From Nitrososphaeria archaeon (GTDB lineage: Archaea > Thermoproteota > Nitrososphaeria > JACIWG01): a DNA stretch of 64,000 nucleotides. The notes under the pieces are model-generated. The model made no database searches. It saw nothing but the letters and a program-made list of their open reading frames with translations, and was not told the origin of the DNA. Position numbers and translations under genes: made by a program. The DNA lies in NCBI GenBank assembly GCA_963752255.1, contig CAVVXT010000014.1, positions 64,001 through 128,000 of the forward strand, read 5' to 3'. Below are positions 29,029 through 38,320 of the stretch, piece by piece (the stretch's first letter is position 1; the number at the start of each line of letters is the position of its first letter).

Positions 29029-29103
29029 GGGCCGATAGTACAGTTCGGTAGCTACGCTCGCCTCGCACGCGAGAGATCGCGGGTTCAAATCCCGCTCGGT
29101 CCA
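29029..29103 (+). tRNA. tRNA-Ala(CGC)
   Basis: CTCGC-CT CGC AC-GCGAG; G3:U70. Confidence 0.94.
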
Positions 29104-29194
29104 CTTCGTTTTAGATTAAGGTTTAGGAATAGAAGGAAGACAATAAAATCATTTAACTAGGTGGGATTCTTATTTTAGTGATGGAAGAGGAAAG

Positions 29195-30454
29195 ATGCCG
29201 AAGGACTCTCTTGAAACTAAGAAGAAAATATTGAAGGAAGTGATCAAGCAGCTACAAGGCGGGGCATCGCCGCAGGAAGTCAAAGAAAAGTTCAAACAGG
29301 CTTTGGACGGCGTGAACCCTGAGGATATAGCAAAGATCGAACAGGAGCTTGTCAAAGAGGGAATTCCGAGGGAACAGCTCCCAAGCCTTTGTGATGTTCA
29401 TATGGCCGTTTTTGCCGAACAGCTGGAAAAAAATAAACTTCAAGTCCCTCCAGGCCATCCGATTAGCATCCTGATGGAAGAACACAAAATTTTGTTGGAA
29501 CGGCTAAAAAGGTTGGAAGGCTTGGTGGGCGAAACCGAGCAGGCATGTGAAAGATGTGACATGGTCAATGTTGGTGAAGCGTTAAAGGAGCTGCAGGACA
29601 TAGCAAAGGATTTTCGGGACTCAGACAAACACTTTTTGAGAGAGGAAAACGTGCTTTTCCCTCTGCTGGAAAAGCATGGGATCACGGAGCCGCCTGCAAT
29701 AATGTGGATGGAACACGTGAAAATAAGAGAGAAGGAGAAACAGTTCTTCAATTTTCTCGAAAAATGGAGCACACTCTACTACAAATATACGGTGGAGACC
29801 ATGGACTTCCAGTACTTCAAAAAGCAAATAGGCGAAGTAGCCACCCCCCTCTGCGAAATCGTCCCAAGCCACTTTTTCAAAGAGAATAATGTGCTCTTTC
29901 CAACGGCGGTAAAAATGGTTACAGAGAAAGAATGGGAAGAAGCTAGAAGGGAGTTTGATGACATCGGTTACTGCTGTTTCACTCCGCAGCAGTTAATAGG
30001 AAAGCCCTACATTGAAGGAGGTAAAGTTACACCCGCGCTCGAGGGCATTCTGCGATTTGAAAACGGTAGCCTATCAGAGAAGGAGATAGGAGCCATCTTG
30101 GACTCTCTTCCAATAGACCTCACATTCATTGATAAAAACGACACGGTAAGATACTTCAACAAGGCAGAGAAGAGGATCTTCCTGCGAACTAAGGCCGTTA
30201 TCGGGAGAAAAGTACAGTTATGCCATCCTCAGAAAAGTGTTCACATAGTGAACCGGATCCTAGAATCTTTTAAGACTGGCAAGAAGGACGTGGCTGAATT
30301 TTGGATACAAATGAACAATCGACTAGTTCATATCAGGTACTTCACTATAAGGGAAAAGAATGGGAAATACTTGGGGACCTTAGAAGTGACGCAGGATTTG
30401 ACGGACATTAAAAAGATAGAGGGACAAAAAAAGCTTCTGGACTGGGAAGACTAG
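29195..30454 (+). CDS. DUF438 + hemerythrin + PAS-domain protein
   Basis: LCDVH, GHPI..LMEEH, HFLREENVLFP, MWMEH; PAS GRKVQLCHPQKS and GTLEVTQD. Confidence 0.88.
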   Translation: MPKDSLETKKKILKEVIKQLQGGASPQEVKEKFKQALDGVNPEDIAKIEQELVKEGIPREQLPSLCDVHMAVFAEQLEKNKLQVPPGHPISILMEEHKILLERLKRLEGLVGETEQACERCDMVNVGEALKELQDIAKDFRDSDKHFLREENVLFPLLEKHGITEPPAIMWMEHVKIREKEKQFFNFLEKWSTLYYKYTVETMDFQYFKKQIGEVATPLCEIVPSHFFKENNVLFPTAVKMVTEKEWEEARREFDDIGYCCFTPQQLIGKPYIEGGKVTPALEGILRFENGSLSEKEIGAILDSLPIDLTFIDKNDTVRYFNKAEKRIFLRTKAVIGRKVQLCHPQKSVHIVNRILESFKTGKKDVAEFWIQMNNRLVHIRYFTIREKNGKYLGTLEVTQDLTDIKKIEGQKKLLDWED

Positions 30455-30471
30455 TTGGAGTTTTAAAATCG

Positions 30472-30696
30472 TTAAGTTTCGGTGACGGTTATCACGCTAA
30501 CTGGACAGGCGCCCTCTGCACCTCGAGCGTCCGTTATTTTATCGTCGTCAAAATTGCCTGTGGACTTTCCATTGCTTGTTCCCCCGACTACCTTTGACTT
30601 TCCATCGGCATCACCTTCATAGTGGGTGGGGTCAATCGTATAGCATGTCGCGCAGGCTATACATCCCTCCCTATCAATTTCAATCCTATACTTCAA
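30472..30696 (-). CDS. Monocluster ferredoxin
   Basis: CIACATC ... CPVSVI. Confidence 0.9.
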   Translation of the reverse strand: MKYRIEIDREGCIACATCYTIDPTHYEGDADGKSKVVGGTSNGKSTGNFDDDKITDARGAEGACPVSVITVTET

Positions 30697-30929
30697 CTAC
30701 ATCATTTTTTCCTCTTTAGTTTAATATTTAAATGTTACAAAAAAGATTTAGGTGGAACATCAGTTTGGTCTCAGGTTCCATCAGTGTACTTGATAATAAA
30801 AAGTGCAGATAAATATATTCTGATATTAAAAGATTAAACCTGCATTTTTCCCTCTGATGTAAAGGCCTGCTTGACCTTTTTAATCAATAATATTTATTTG
30901 TGTATGTTCTGGGTGGTTTATGACGAAGA

Positions 30930-32147
30930 TTGAAGGCCAGTAATAAGCAGAAGACTAGGTCGCCAAACAGAACGTTGGCAATTGTAACGGTGTCACATAT
31001 GATGCAGCATATTTTCTTGGGAACGTCCGTCTTATACCCACTAATAATTACTGAACTGAAACTTAATTACGCCCAATTCGGGCTTGTTGTAGCCTTGGCT
31101 TCATTTGTCGGCGGCCTTTTTCAGCTGGTTCCAAGTATTATCAGTAGAAGGGTAGCTAGACATGTCATTCTTGGAGTTGGAAACATTATCTTGTCTGTTG
31201 GAACCTTCCTAACAGGGATCTCGCATGGTATTTTGGATTTCCTAGGTGCTAGGACGTTATCGAATATTGGAACCGCACCGACACATCCCATGGGAACGGC
31301 TATTATTTCTGGCAAGTTTGAAGACGAAAAAATTGGTTGGGCGATAGGCATTCACTACGGGCTAGCTTACATCGGTAACATCATAGGACCACTACTTATG
31401 ACCTTTCTGGCTGTTGCATTTAACTGGAGGGTCTCATTATATGTCTTCGCTGTCCCCTCCTTGGTTGTAGGCATAACAATGATCTGGTACCTGGGTGAAG
31501 GCAAAAAGATGATGTACGGCAGGGAAAGTAACACTACTTCCTTAAAGTCCGATGTTGTCGGGATTTTGAAAACGAGAGGGGTCTTATCGCTACTCTTAGC
31601 GCAGGTTCTTCTCGCAGGAGCGATAGACATAAACCTCCTAACAACTTACACCCCAATATTTCTCACTAGCGTTCTAAAATTAAATACCGTTGGAAGTGGC
31701 ATCTTTTATACGATTGAACTTTCAGGAGGAATATTTGGGCCCCTTGCCCTCGGAAGGATTGGAGCTAAGCGTGGATACATTAAGACCGCTATATTTTCTA
31801 CGACCGCTGGTGTCATAAGTGTTGTACTTCTCTCCTTTTACTCCTCAGCTAATTTGTTTTTAGCAGTCCATCTCTTCTTACTGGGCTTCTTCTGTTTCGC
31901 CTTCACCACCCTTGCCCAATCTCATCTGATTCGGATAACAGCAAAATCTTCAAGAGATTTGGCTGTAGGCATCTATTTTACCGGCCTCTTTTCAGCTTAT
32001 TCCTTATGGGTGGCCGTCGTGGGCTACATAATTAATATCTATTCTTTTCTGCCTGCCTTTATTCTTATGGGAGCTCTTGGTGCAACAGGAATAATCATTT
32101 TAGTCACTCAGGTCAAAGACACAGGTCCTAAGTTGAATGTGAAATAA
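30930..32147 (+). CDS. MFS transporter
   Basis: About 12 hydrophobic segments in a two-fold MFS arrangement. Confidence 0.85.
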   Translation: MKASNKQKTRSPNRTLAIVTVSHMMQHIFLGTSVLYPLIITELKLNYAQFGLVVALASFVGGLFQLVPSIISRRVARHVILGVGNIILSVGTFLTGISHGILDFLGARTLSNIGTAPTHPMGTAIISGKFEDEKIGWAIGIHYGLAYIGNIIGPLLMTFLAVAFNWRVSLYVFAVPSLVVGITMIWYLGEGKKMMYGRESNTTSLKSDVVGILKTRGVLSLLLAQVLLAGAIDINLLTTYTPIFLTSVLKLNTVGSGIFYTIELSGGIFGPLALGRIGAKRGYIKTAIFSTTAGVISVVLLSFYSSANLFLAVHLFLLGFFCFAFTTLAQSHLIRITAKSSRDLAVGIYFTGLFSAYSLWVAVVGYIINIYSFLPAFILMGALGATGIIILVTQVKDTGPKLNVK

Positions 32148-32581
32148 TGCTTTCAATATATTTTCTAGCTATGAACTTGTAATGCTTTGAAAAATATTAT
32201 GTAGGACTCGAAATTTTAAGAGTTAGGGACACAAAAAATTGAGTTCGCCCTCAAAGCTTTTCTGACCTAAACATCCGTTCGCTGTGCTCGCCTATTTTCT
32301 TAATTTTTTTTCATACTCGTCGAATTGTAATGGCTTGAGCCCACTTATGACTTACAGTAATCTTCCTAAGATGTTTGGCAGTAAAAGCATGGCCTTTTTC
32401 CTTGACACCCCAGCTGTAGAGTATTTTGAAACATTCATTCCAACTTCTGCACGTTGATTTACGGACAATTGCCAGTTTACCATAGTGTGTTGACAGGATA
32501 GGGGAGAACATAATTCAGCCGGTAAAACCCAAAACTAGATAAAGCAGATTAGACTACTTTACTCTTGTAAAAAAAAGAGGT

Positions 32582-33190
32582 GTGATTATGAACCAGGAAG
32601 AAATAAAAATTAGTGGACCCAAAAGGGAAGAAATTGTTACACTCGGCGGAGGCTGCTTCTGGTGCATGGAGGCAGTTTTCAACGAAATAAAGGGCGTGGT
32701 AAAGGTGGAATCAGGTTATTCTGGTGGAAATCTGGAGTCCCCATCTTACGAGCAGGTATCGTCTGGTACTACGGGGCACGCAGAAGTTGTACAGATTACG
32801 TTTGATCCTGACATAATATCCTTTAAAGAAATTTTAGACATTTTTTTCGCCACACATGACCCTACTACATCGAACCGCCAAGGAAACGACGTAGGAACCC
32901 AGTATCGATCAATCATACTTTACCACAACGATGAACAGAAATCGATTGCAGGACAGGTCATACAAGAGCTCAATTCAGAAAAAACTTACAGTGCACCAAT
33001 AGTAACGCAGGTTGAACCGTTTAAGGCATTTTATGCAGCAGAGGAATACCACAGAGACTACTTCAAAAGTCATCCTGAGCAACCCTATTGCAGGATAGTC
33101 ATAGCCCCAAAGATTAACAAATTGCAGAAATATCACATTGAAAAACTGAAGATTCTACCCTTGGAAAAAAAGGAAAAATTGTGGAGATAA
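32582..33190 (+). CDS. msrA: Peptide-methionine (S)-S-oxide reductase
   Basis: [24 protein letters not shown] and AEEYH. Confidence 0.96.
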   Translation: MIMNQEEIKISGPKREEIVTLGGGCFWCMEAVFNEIKGVVKVESGYSGGNLESPSYEQVSSGTTGHAEVVQITFDPDIISFKEILDIFFATHDPTTSNRQGNDVGTQYRSIILYHNDEQKSIAGQVIQELNSEKTYSAPIVTQVEPFKAFYAAEEYHRDYFKSHPEQPYCRIVIAPKINKLQKYHIEKLKILPLEKKEKLWR

Positions 33191-33253
33191 AAAAACGTAG
33201 AGGGGCTTCAATATAGTAGTGTAACGCAAAGTTTCAAGTTTCTACAATGTATT

Positions 33254-33458
33254 GGAGTTCGCGCAGATAGGACTCCATTATTCCCAAAATTGACCATTTA
33301 CAAACTAGAGTATGGCCAATTGAAGGAGGAAGAACTCTACCGCTTTCTGTGTAGTGAAAGAAATTTTTTCTAGAAATGGAGTTGAACCAGCTGTTTTAAG
33401 AATGAAAGAAATCTATTCAAGAAAAAGGGAGGCAGGACTTGACGAGTGGTTAAAATGA
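33254..33458 (+). pseudogene. C-terminal remnant of a second FEN1
   Basis: KLEYGQLKEEELYRFLCSERNF/SRNGVEPAVLRMKE...EAGLDEWLK aligns by eye to the C-terminus of fen in this window; frameshift in a T run. Confidence 0.65.
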
Positions 33459-33544
33459 TTAATTGCATTATTACGCTCTCTTGTTTAAAGCTTTGAGGGT
33501 TAAATAATTCCATTATAACAGAATAGGTCAATCAATTCCTTCGT

Positions 33545-34096
33545 TTACACTCCTTTTAAAGTTCTGAGATATCTATCGTAATAAAGTAAGCTTGCGATCG
33601 TCTTAGCGTCTACTACAGCTTCTTTTCTAATTAATCCCAATGCTTCTTCGAATGGTAGAACGATTGTCTGTATAATTTCTGTTTCTTCTGGAGAAGCAGT
33701 ACCCTGCTTCAGCTTGTCGGTGAAAAAAGAGTATATTATTTCGGTGCTGAATCCCGGTGAAGGGTACATTCTAAACATCTCCGTAGCTTTATCAGCGACA
33801 TAACCTGTTTCTTCTTTGAGTTCCCTTAGCGCGCACTCTTCTAAGCTTTCCCCTTTTTTGTCTAAGGTTCCTGCGGGAAGCTCGTAAACCCAATTATTAA
33901 TAGATGCACGGAACTGTTTTAAAAAAACAATTTTGTCATCTAAAAACGGTAAAATAACAACCGCACCGGGGTGTTCAACAATTTCTTTTCTAATAATTTT
34001 CCCATTTGGAAGGCTAATATTCGTAACTTTAAATGAGATTCTCTTTCCTTGGTAAACAAAATTAGAATTATCCAGTCTTTGCGAAGAAGATTCCAT
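33545..34096 (-). CDS. NUDIX hydrolase (ADP-ribose pyrophosphatase-like)
   Basis: EHPGAV, ELPAG...CALRELKEETG and DAKT. Confidence 0.9.
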   Translation of the reverse strand: MESSSQRLDNSNFVYQGKRISFKVTNISLPNGKIIRKEIVEHPGAVVILPFLDDKIVFLKQFRASINNWVYELPAGTLDKKGESLEECALRELKEETGYVADKATEMFRMYPSPGFSTEIIYSFFTDKLKQGTASPEETEIIQTIVLPFEEALGLIRKEAVVDAKTIASLLYYDRYLRTLKGV

Positions 34097-34177
34097 GCAC
34101 GTGCAGACCGAACAACTATAAATAAAGCATTCTACATTAGAGCGTATTTGGCTTACAATTAGGGTGAATATTTAACT

Positions 34178-34513
34178 CTAGCAATTGCCGTCCATGGAGT
34201 CGCTCAAGTTCACAGGGCAGAGGGGGCAGCTTCTGCAATAGGGCAGTATTCTATATCTAGCTCCTTGTATAGACATCGGGTAGTTATAGGACCTAGTGGA
34301 AACAGGACACCTATAGCCTTCCGGGTACTTTTGCCCATTATTTTTTATACCGCATCCGAATATAACCAGACTAATTAAATCGTCTTTACAAGGTGTCGTG
34401 TTGGGCTTTAGAAGTATCCTATCTGATACTTTAGACTCAGGATTAAGTACTGACAGTCTATGGTTAGATCTTAAAACTCCACCTTCTTTTCTTATGAGCA
34501 CGTACTTAGACAT
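34178..34513 (-). CDS. Hypothetical Cys-rich protein
   Basis: 111-aa ORF with CRSCPLCP; TATA-like element upstream. Confidence 0.5.
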   Translation of the reverse strand: MSKYVLIRKEGGVLRSNHRLSVLNPESKVSDRILLKPNTTPCKDDLISLVIFGCGIKNNGQKYPEGYRCPVSTRSYNYPMSIQGARYRILPYCRSCPLCPVNLSDSMDGNC

Positions 34514-34734
34514 TATATATGACTGATTAGGGACAAAAAATCGGTCTAATAAGTTTTTCTAAAATCTAGTCCAATCTAGTCCAATATCATCTTTATTCTT
34601 AATAAAAACTATTAACTTATTTTAAAAAGTTTGATTTAAATATTATTAAAGAGAAATTATATACACAAAAAAATTAAATAATTACAGACTGGTTAATAAT
34701 AAAAATAGGGGTAAGATAATCGGTTATTGATGGG

Positions 34735-35736
34735 ATGAAGGGGGCTATTCTTTACAGACAGGCATCGGTTGAAACGTCGCCTTTGAAGATGGAGGATGTT
34801 GATAAACCCGATCCAAAGGGCGATGACATTCTCATAAAGGTGAGCGCGTGTGCGGTATGTAGGACAGACCTACATATATTGGAAGGAGACCTGCAGGCGA
34901 TAAAGATGCCCTTGATACTCGGACATCAGGCTGTTGGAACAGTGGAAGATACAGGACCCAAGGTGACAAACGTACATATAGGGGAGAGAGTTGGCGTACC
35001 CTGGCTTTACTGGTCCTGCGGAACATGCAAGTACTGTAGGTCTTCGCTTGAAAACCTCTGCGATCACGCACTTTTTACAGGGTACAGCGTTAACGGCGGA
35101 TACGCAGAATACATGCTGGCTAGGGACGGTTTTGTCCACAAGCTTCCAAATGAGTTCGACGACGCTCACGTAGCTCCTCTTCTCTGCGGGGGAGCCATAG
35201 GGTATAGGGCACTGAAGCTCACAGGGTTCCTCAATAGAGGGTCAGGAAAACTAGGCATATTCGGATTTGGCTCGGCAGCCCACCTAATAACTCCTGTTGC
35301 AATAGGGAAGGGTTTAGAAATATACGTTTTCACCAGAGGCTCTTCTCGGCAGGAGCTCGCTAGGGAGCTTGGAGTTAAGTGGTCAGGTCAGCCTACAGAT
35401 GATCCAGGTGTCAAATTGGATGCTGCAGTGGTCTTCGCACCGGCAGGATGGATAGTTATTGAAGCTCTGAAAAAGTTGGACAAGGCTGGGAGGGTGGTGA
35501 TCGGAGAGATCCACATGAGTCCAATTGAGAGACTTGACTACAACCTCATTTGGCTTGAAAGGGAAATAAAGTCGGTGGCAAACGTTACCAGGGATGATGT
35601 AAAAGAATATCTTAAGGAAGCGGTCAGAGCTGACATAAAACCGGACGTACATGTTTACAGCTTAGAGGAAGCCAATAGGGCACTTCAAGACTTGAAACAG
35701 GGTTCTATAACGGGGGCAGCGGTTCTAAAAATTTAG
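34735..35736 (+). CDS. Zinc-dependent alcohol dehydrogenase (MDR family)
   Basis: CRTDLH, GHQ, CGTCKYC...LC and GIFGFG. Confidence 0.92.
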   Translation: MKGAILYRQASVETSPLKMEDVDKPDPKGDDILIKVSACAVCRTDLHILEGDLQAIKMPLILGHQAVGTVEDTGPKVTNVHIGERVGVPWLYWSCGTCKYCRSSLENLCDHALFTGYSVNGGYAEYMLARDGFVHKLPNEFDDAHVAPLLCGGAIGYRALKLTGFLNRGSGKLGIFGFGSAAHLITPVAIGKGLEIYVFTRGSSRQELARELGVKWSGQPTDDPGVKLDAAVVFAPAGWIVIEALKKLDKAGRVVIGEIHMSPIERLDYNLIWLEREIKSVANVTRDDVKEYLKEAVRADIKPDVHVYSLEEANRALQDLKQGSITGAAVLKI

Positions 35737-35955
35737 ATGATCTTCTGTTTCACACCTGCTTGTATTGAGCTTAAGTTACTTTTGTGCATCTTGATTTAGT
35801 AGGCTCCATTTTTCTCTATTGATGAACATAAGAGTTGGCATCTCTTTTTTCATTATGTAATGGACTTAATTGACATTTCTAGGGGTTATTCTTAGCAATT
35901 ATCCTTATTTAAGGGATAGAATGGTGGCCAAAACATAGATTAATGGGCCTGAAAA

Positions 35956-36060
35956 TCACATAGAGGTAACATCGAACTCGATTGAGACTCCCACTGGTAG
36001 TTCATAGGCGCTAACGTTCCAATAGAACTGAGTCACGACAACCTTCACTTTATCTATATC
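35956..36060 (-). pseudogene. Fragment resembling the cupredoxin domain of heme-copper oxidase subunit II
   Basis: VKVVVTQFYWNVSAYELPVGVSIEFDVTSM* matches the QxxW...PVG...F.VTS.DV.H pattern, truncated before the CuA ligands. Confidence 0.5.
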
Positions 36061-36170
36061 GATATTAATTTTAATGAAAAATAATTATTCTAATGAAATC
36101 ATTAAAAATATGAATAATTATGCTAATCTATTTATAGATGTTTTATCATTATATTTAATTGACTTTTACG

Positions 36171-36511
36171 GTGATTAAGATTAAGAGAGCTTACGAAGAG
36201 CCTGAGACAAGCGACGGTATAAGGTTTCTTATTGATAGGTTTTGGCCTAAGGTAAGACATCGGAAGCCCTAAGAGTAGAGGAATGGATGAAGGATATTGC
36301 TCCAACTGTTGAGCTGATTAAATGGTTTGGTCATGATCCTGCTAAATGGTTAGAGTTTAAGCAGAAGTACAAAAAGCAGTTGGAGGCAAAAGGTACTCTG
36401 ATAGACAAACTTAAGCAGATTTCGAGGAAGAGGACCCTGACTCTGGTCTATGCCGCTAAGGATACTGAACACAACAATGCTGTAGTGTTAAAGGAAGTTT
36501 TAGAGAGTTAA
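36171..36511 (+). pseudogene. DUF488/YeaO family gene, frameshifted near 36250
   Basis: IKRAYE...DG.RFLIDRFWP then, in another frame, WMKDIAP...WFGHDP...HNNAVVL. Confidence 0.8.
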
Positions 36512-36633
36512 CTTTCCATTTATAGTATTTATTGTTGTTCTTTGACTGGCAACTATGTTGCCAAATTTCCATTTTTTCGGATAAATAAAAGAGTCTCTGT
36601 CACTTTTAACATAGACTTTAATTCAAAAGGAGG

Positions 36634-36763
36634 TGGGGCTGGTGGGACTTGAACCCACGGCTTACGGGTTTCTTCACCCAGCTCCAAAACTACATCATCC
36701 CTGTAGTCAATATACCATATCTGTTCTGGAGCCCGTTGTCCTCCCTAGCTGGACGACAGCCCC
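36634..36763 (-). tRNA. tRNA-Trp(CCA) with 56-nt intron (36670-36725) at 37/38
   Basis: ACGGG-CT CCA G|A-CCCGT; 74-nt mature cloverleaf after intron removal. Confidence 0.9.
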
Positions 36764-36855
36764 TCCGACAAGTCATGCTACCATAGGAAGGGAAAATAAA
36801 AGTTTTTTATATCAAAAAAGAAAGCTTAATTAGTAGTTATTTGGGCGGTATTGTT

Positions 36856-36972
36856 TAGCCGGCCATAGTGTTATGGGCTCGACCTGGTCTCGTCAGATCC
36901 CAGAAGTCAAACCATATCACGCCATTGCGTTAGTGATGTGCAGAAGCCGTCGCGAAGCAGTGGTGCTGGCGC
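36856..36972 (+). rRNA. rrf: 5S rRNA (ends approximate), unlinked from 23S
   Basis: GCCGGC/GCTGGC terminal helix; GGCCATAG...ACCTGGTCTCGTCAGATCCCAGAAGTCAA motif. Confidence 0.88.
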
Positions 36973-36997
36973 CTTACAGTAAAAAAGTGAAAAAATA

Positions 36998-38117
36998 ATG
37001 CAAACTCAGATACTGCAACTCTTTCCCATAGGCAGTAATACACTCCAAGAAATATTGTCGCTTGCCTTCTATGGGTTCTTCTTCCTTTACCTGTTCTTCG
37101 GAACTTACATTCAGACCCAGAGGATTCTTATGTCCCTGTCGGGGGCATTAAATAAGGTTAAAGATTCTAATGATAAATCAAAGAAAGCGCTCTTAGACTA
37201 CTTACAGAAGAATGGATACAAAGGCGACCCATCTAAACAGGTCAATGACCTTCTAGAATTTTTTACAATAGCTCCTGTAAGCATAGACCCAGCGGGTCTG
37301 GTGAGGAAAATAGAGCACCTTCTAAGTGTAAGAGATGAAAGGGTAAGGGAGGAGGTCAAGAGGCTTCTACCTAACAAAGACGTCATAACAACATCTGTAG
37401 TTGAGAATCTATTGGATACGTCCTCTGCATTAAATTATTATTACAAAGTTCTCCGCCACTACTATCTTTTAGGTAAGAAGACATCAAACATCTACCTCCT
37501 TATGCAGTTGCAGATCATTTTGCCCGAAATCTTAAAAGAAATTGAAGCTCTGTTGGCATTCGATCGAACCGGTAGAGAACGCCCAGCCTCTTGGAGATGG
37601 GATAGGTGCGATGGTGGCTGCAAAACTGATGCTAAATAATGACAAGAAAACAATAGCCCGTGATACGGTGTTCGCGGAAGTCAGTTACAAAAATAGGGAC
37701 ATTTACGCAATGAAGGCTGAAGGGCCTGCAGGAAATGTTGGAGCAGTAGGTAATGGGGTAGAGCGTTTAATCAACGATTACGGGCTGAAGCCTTCATTAA
37801 TAGTAATGATCGATGCCGCCTTGAAGTTAGAGGGTGAAACTTCGGGAGAAATTGCCGAAGGTGTAGGTGCAGCTATTGGCGGCATAGGTGTGGATAAGTT
37901 CAAGATAGAAGAAGTGTCTTCGAAAAACGGTACCCCACTGTACGCGATAATCATCAAGGAAACTCTTGCTGAAGCAATAACTGCTATGACCAAGGATATT
38001 GTAGACGCAGCAGCCAAGGTTCAGGCAAGACTTGACAACCTGCTTGAAGATAGGACGAAGGAAGGAGACACAGTTATAGTTGTAGGTGTTGGAAATACGT
38101 TTGGGGTTGGGCAGTAA
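36998..38117 (+). CDS. DUF1512 family membrane protein, split by a +1 frameshift near 37559
   Basis: PVSIDPAG, HYY, then QPLGDGIG, IDAALKLEGE and GVGNTFGVGQ in the second frame. Confidence 0.82.
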
Positions 38118-38311
38118 TGGCGAACCGACTGTTTAGGGGTCAGGACAAAAAGCCTTTCAAGATCGTTACCGTGGAGGAGTGTTCATCCTGCGGTCTAAAG
38201 ATGAAAAGACCGTTTCAGTTTGGTGATTACATATTTAAAGAGGGCAGTAAGTGCCAAAAGTGCGGCTCAAAGACGATGATAAACGCGATCTACAAAGAAG
38301 AGCTCAAATAG
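38117..38311 (+). CDS. Small Zn-ribbon protein coupled to DUF1512
   Basis: CSSCG...RPFQFGDYIFK...CQKCG...I.AIY. Confidence 0.75.
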   Translation: MANRLFRGQDKKPFKIVTVEECSSCGLKMKRPFQFGDYIFKEGSKCQKCGSKTMINAIYKEELK

Positions 38312-38320
38312 CTTTCACAT

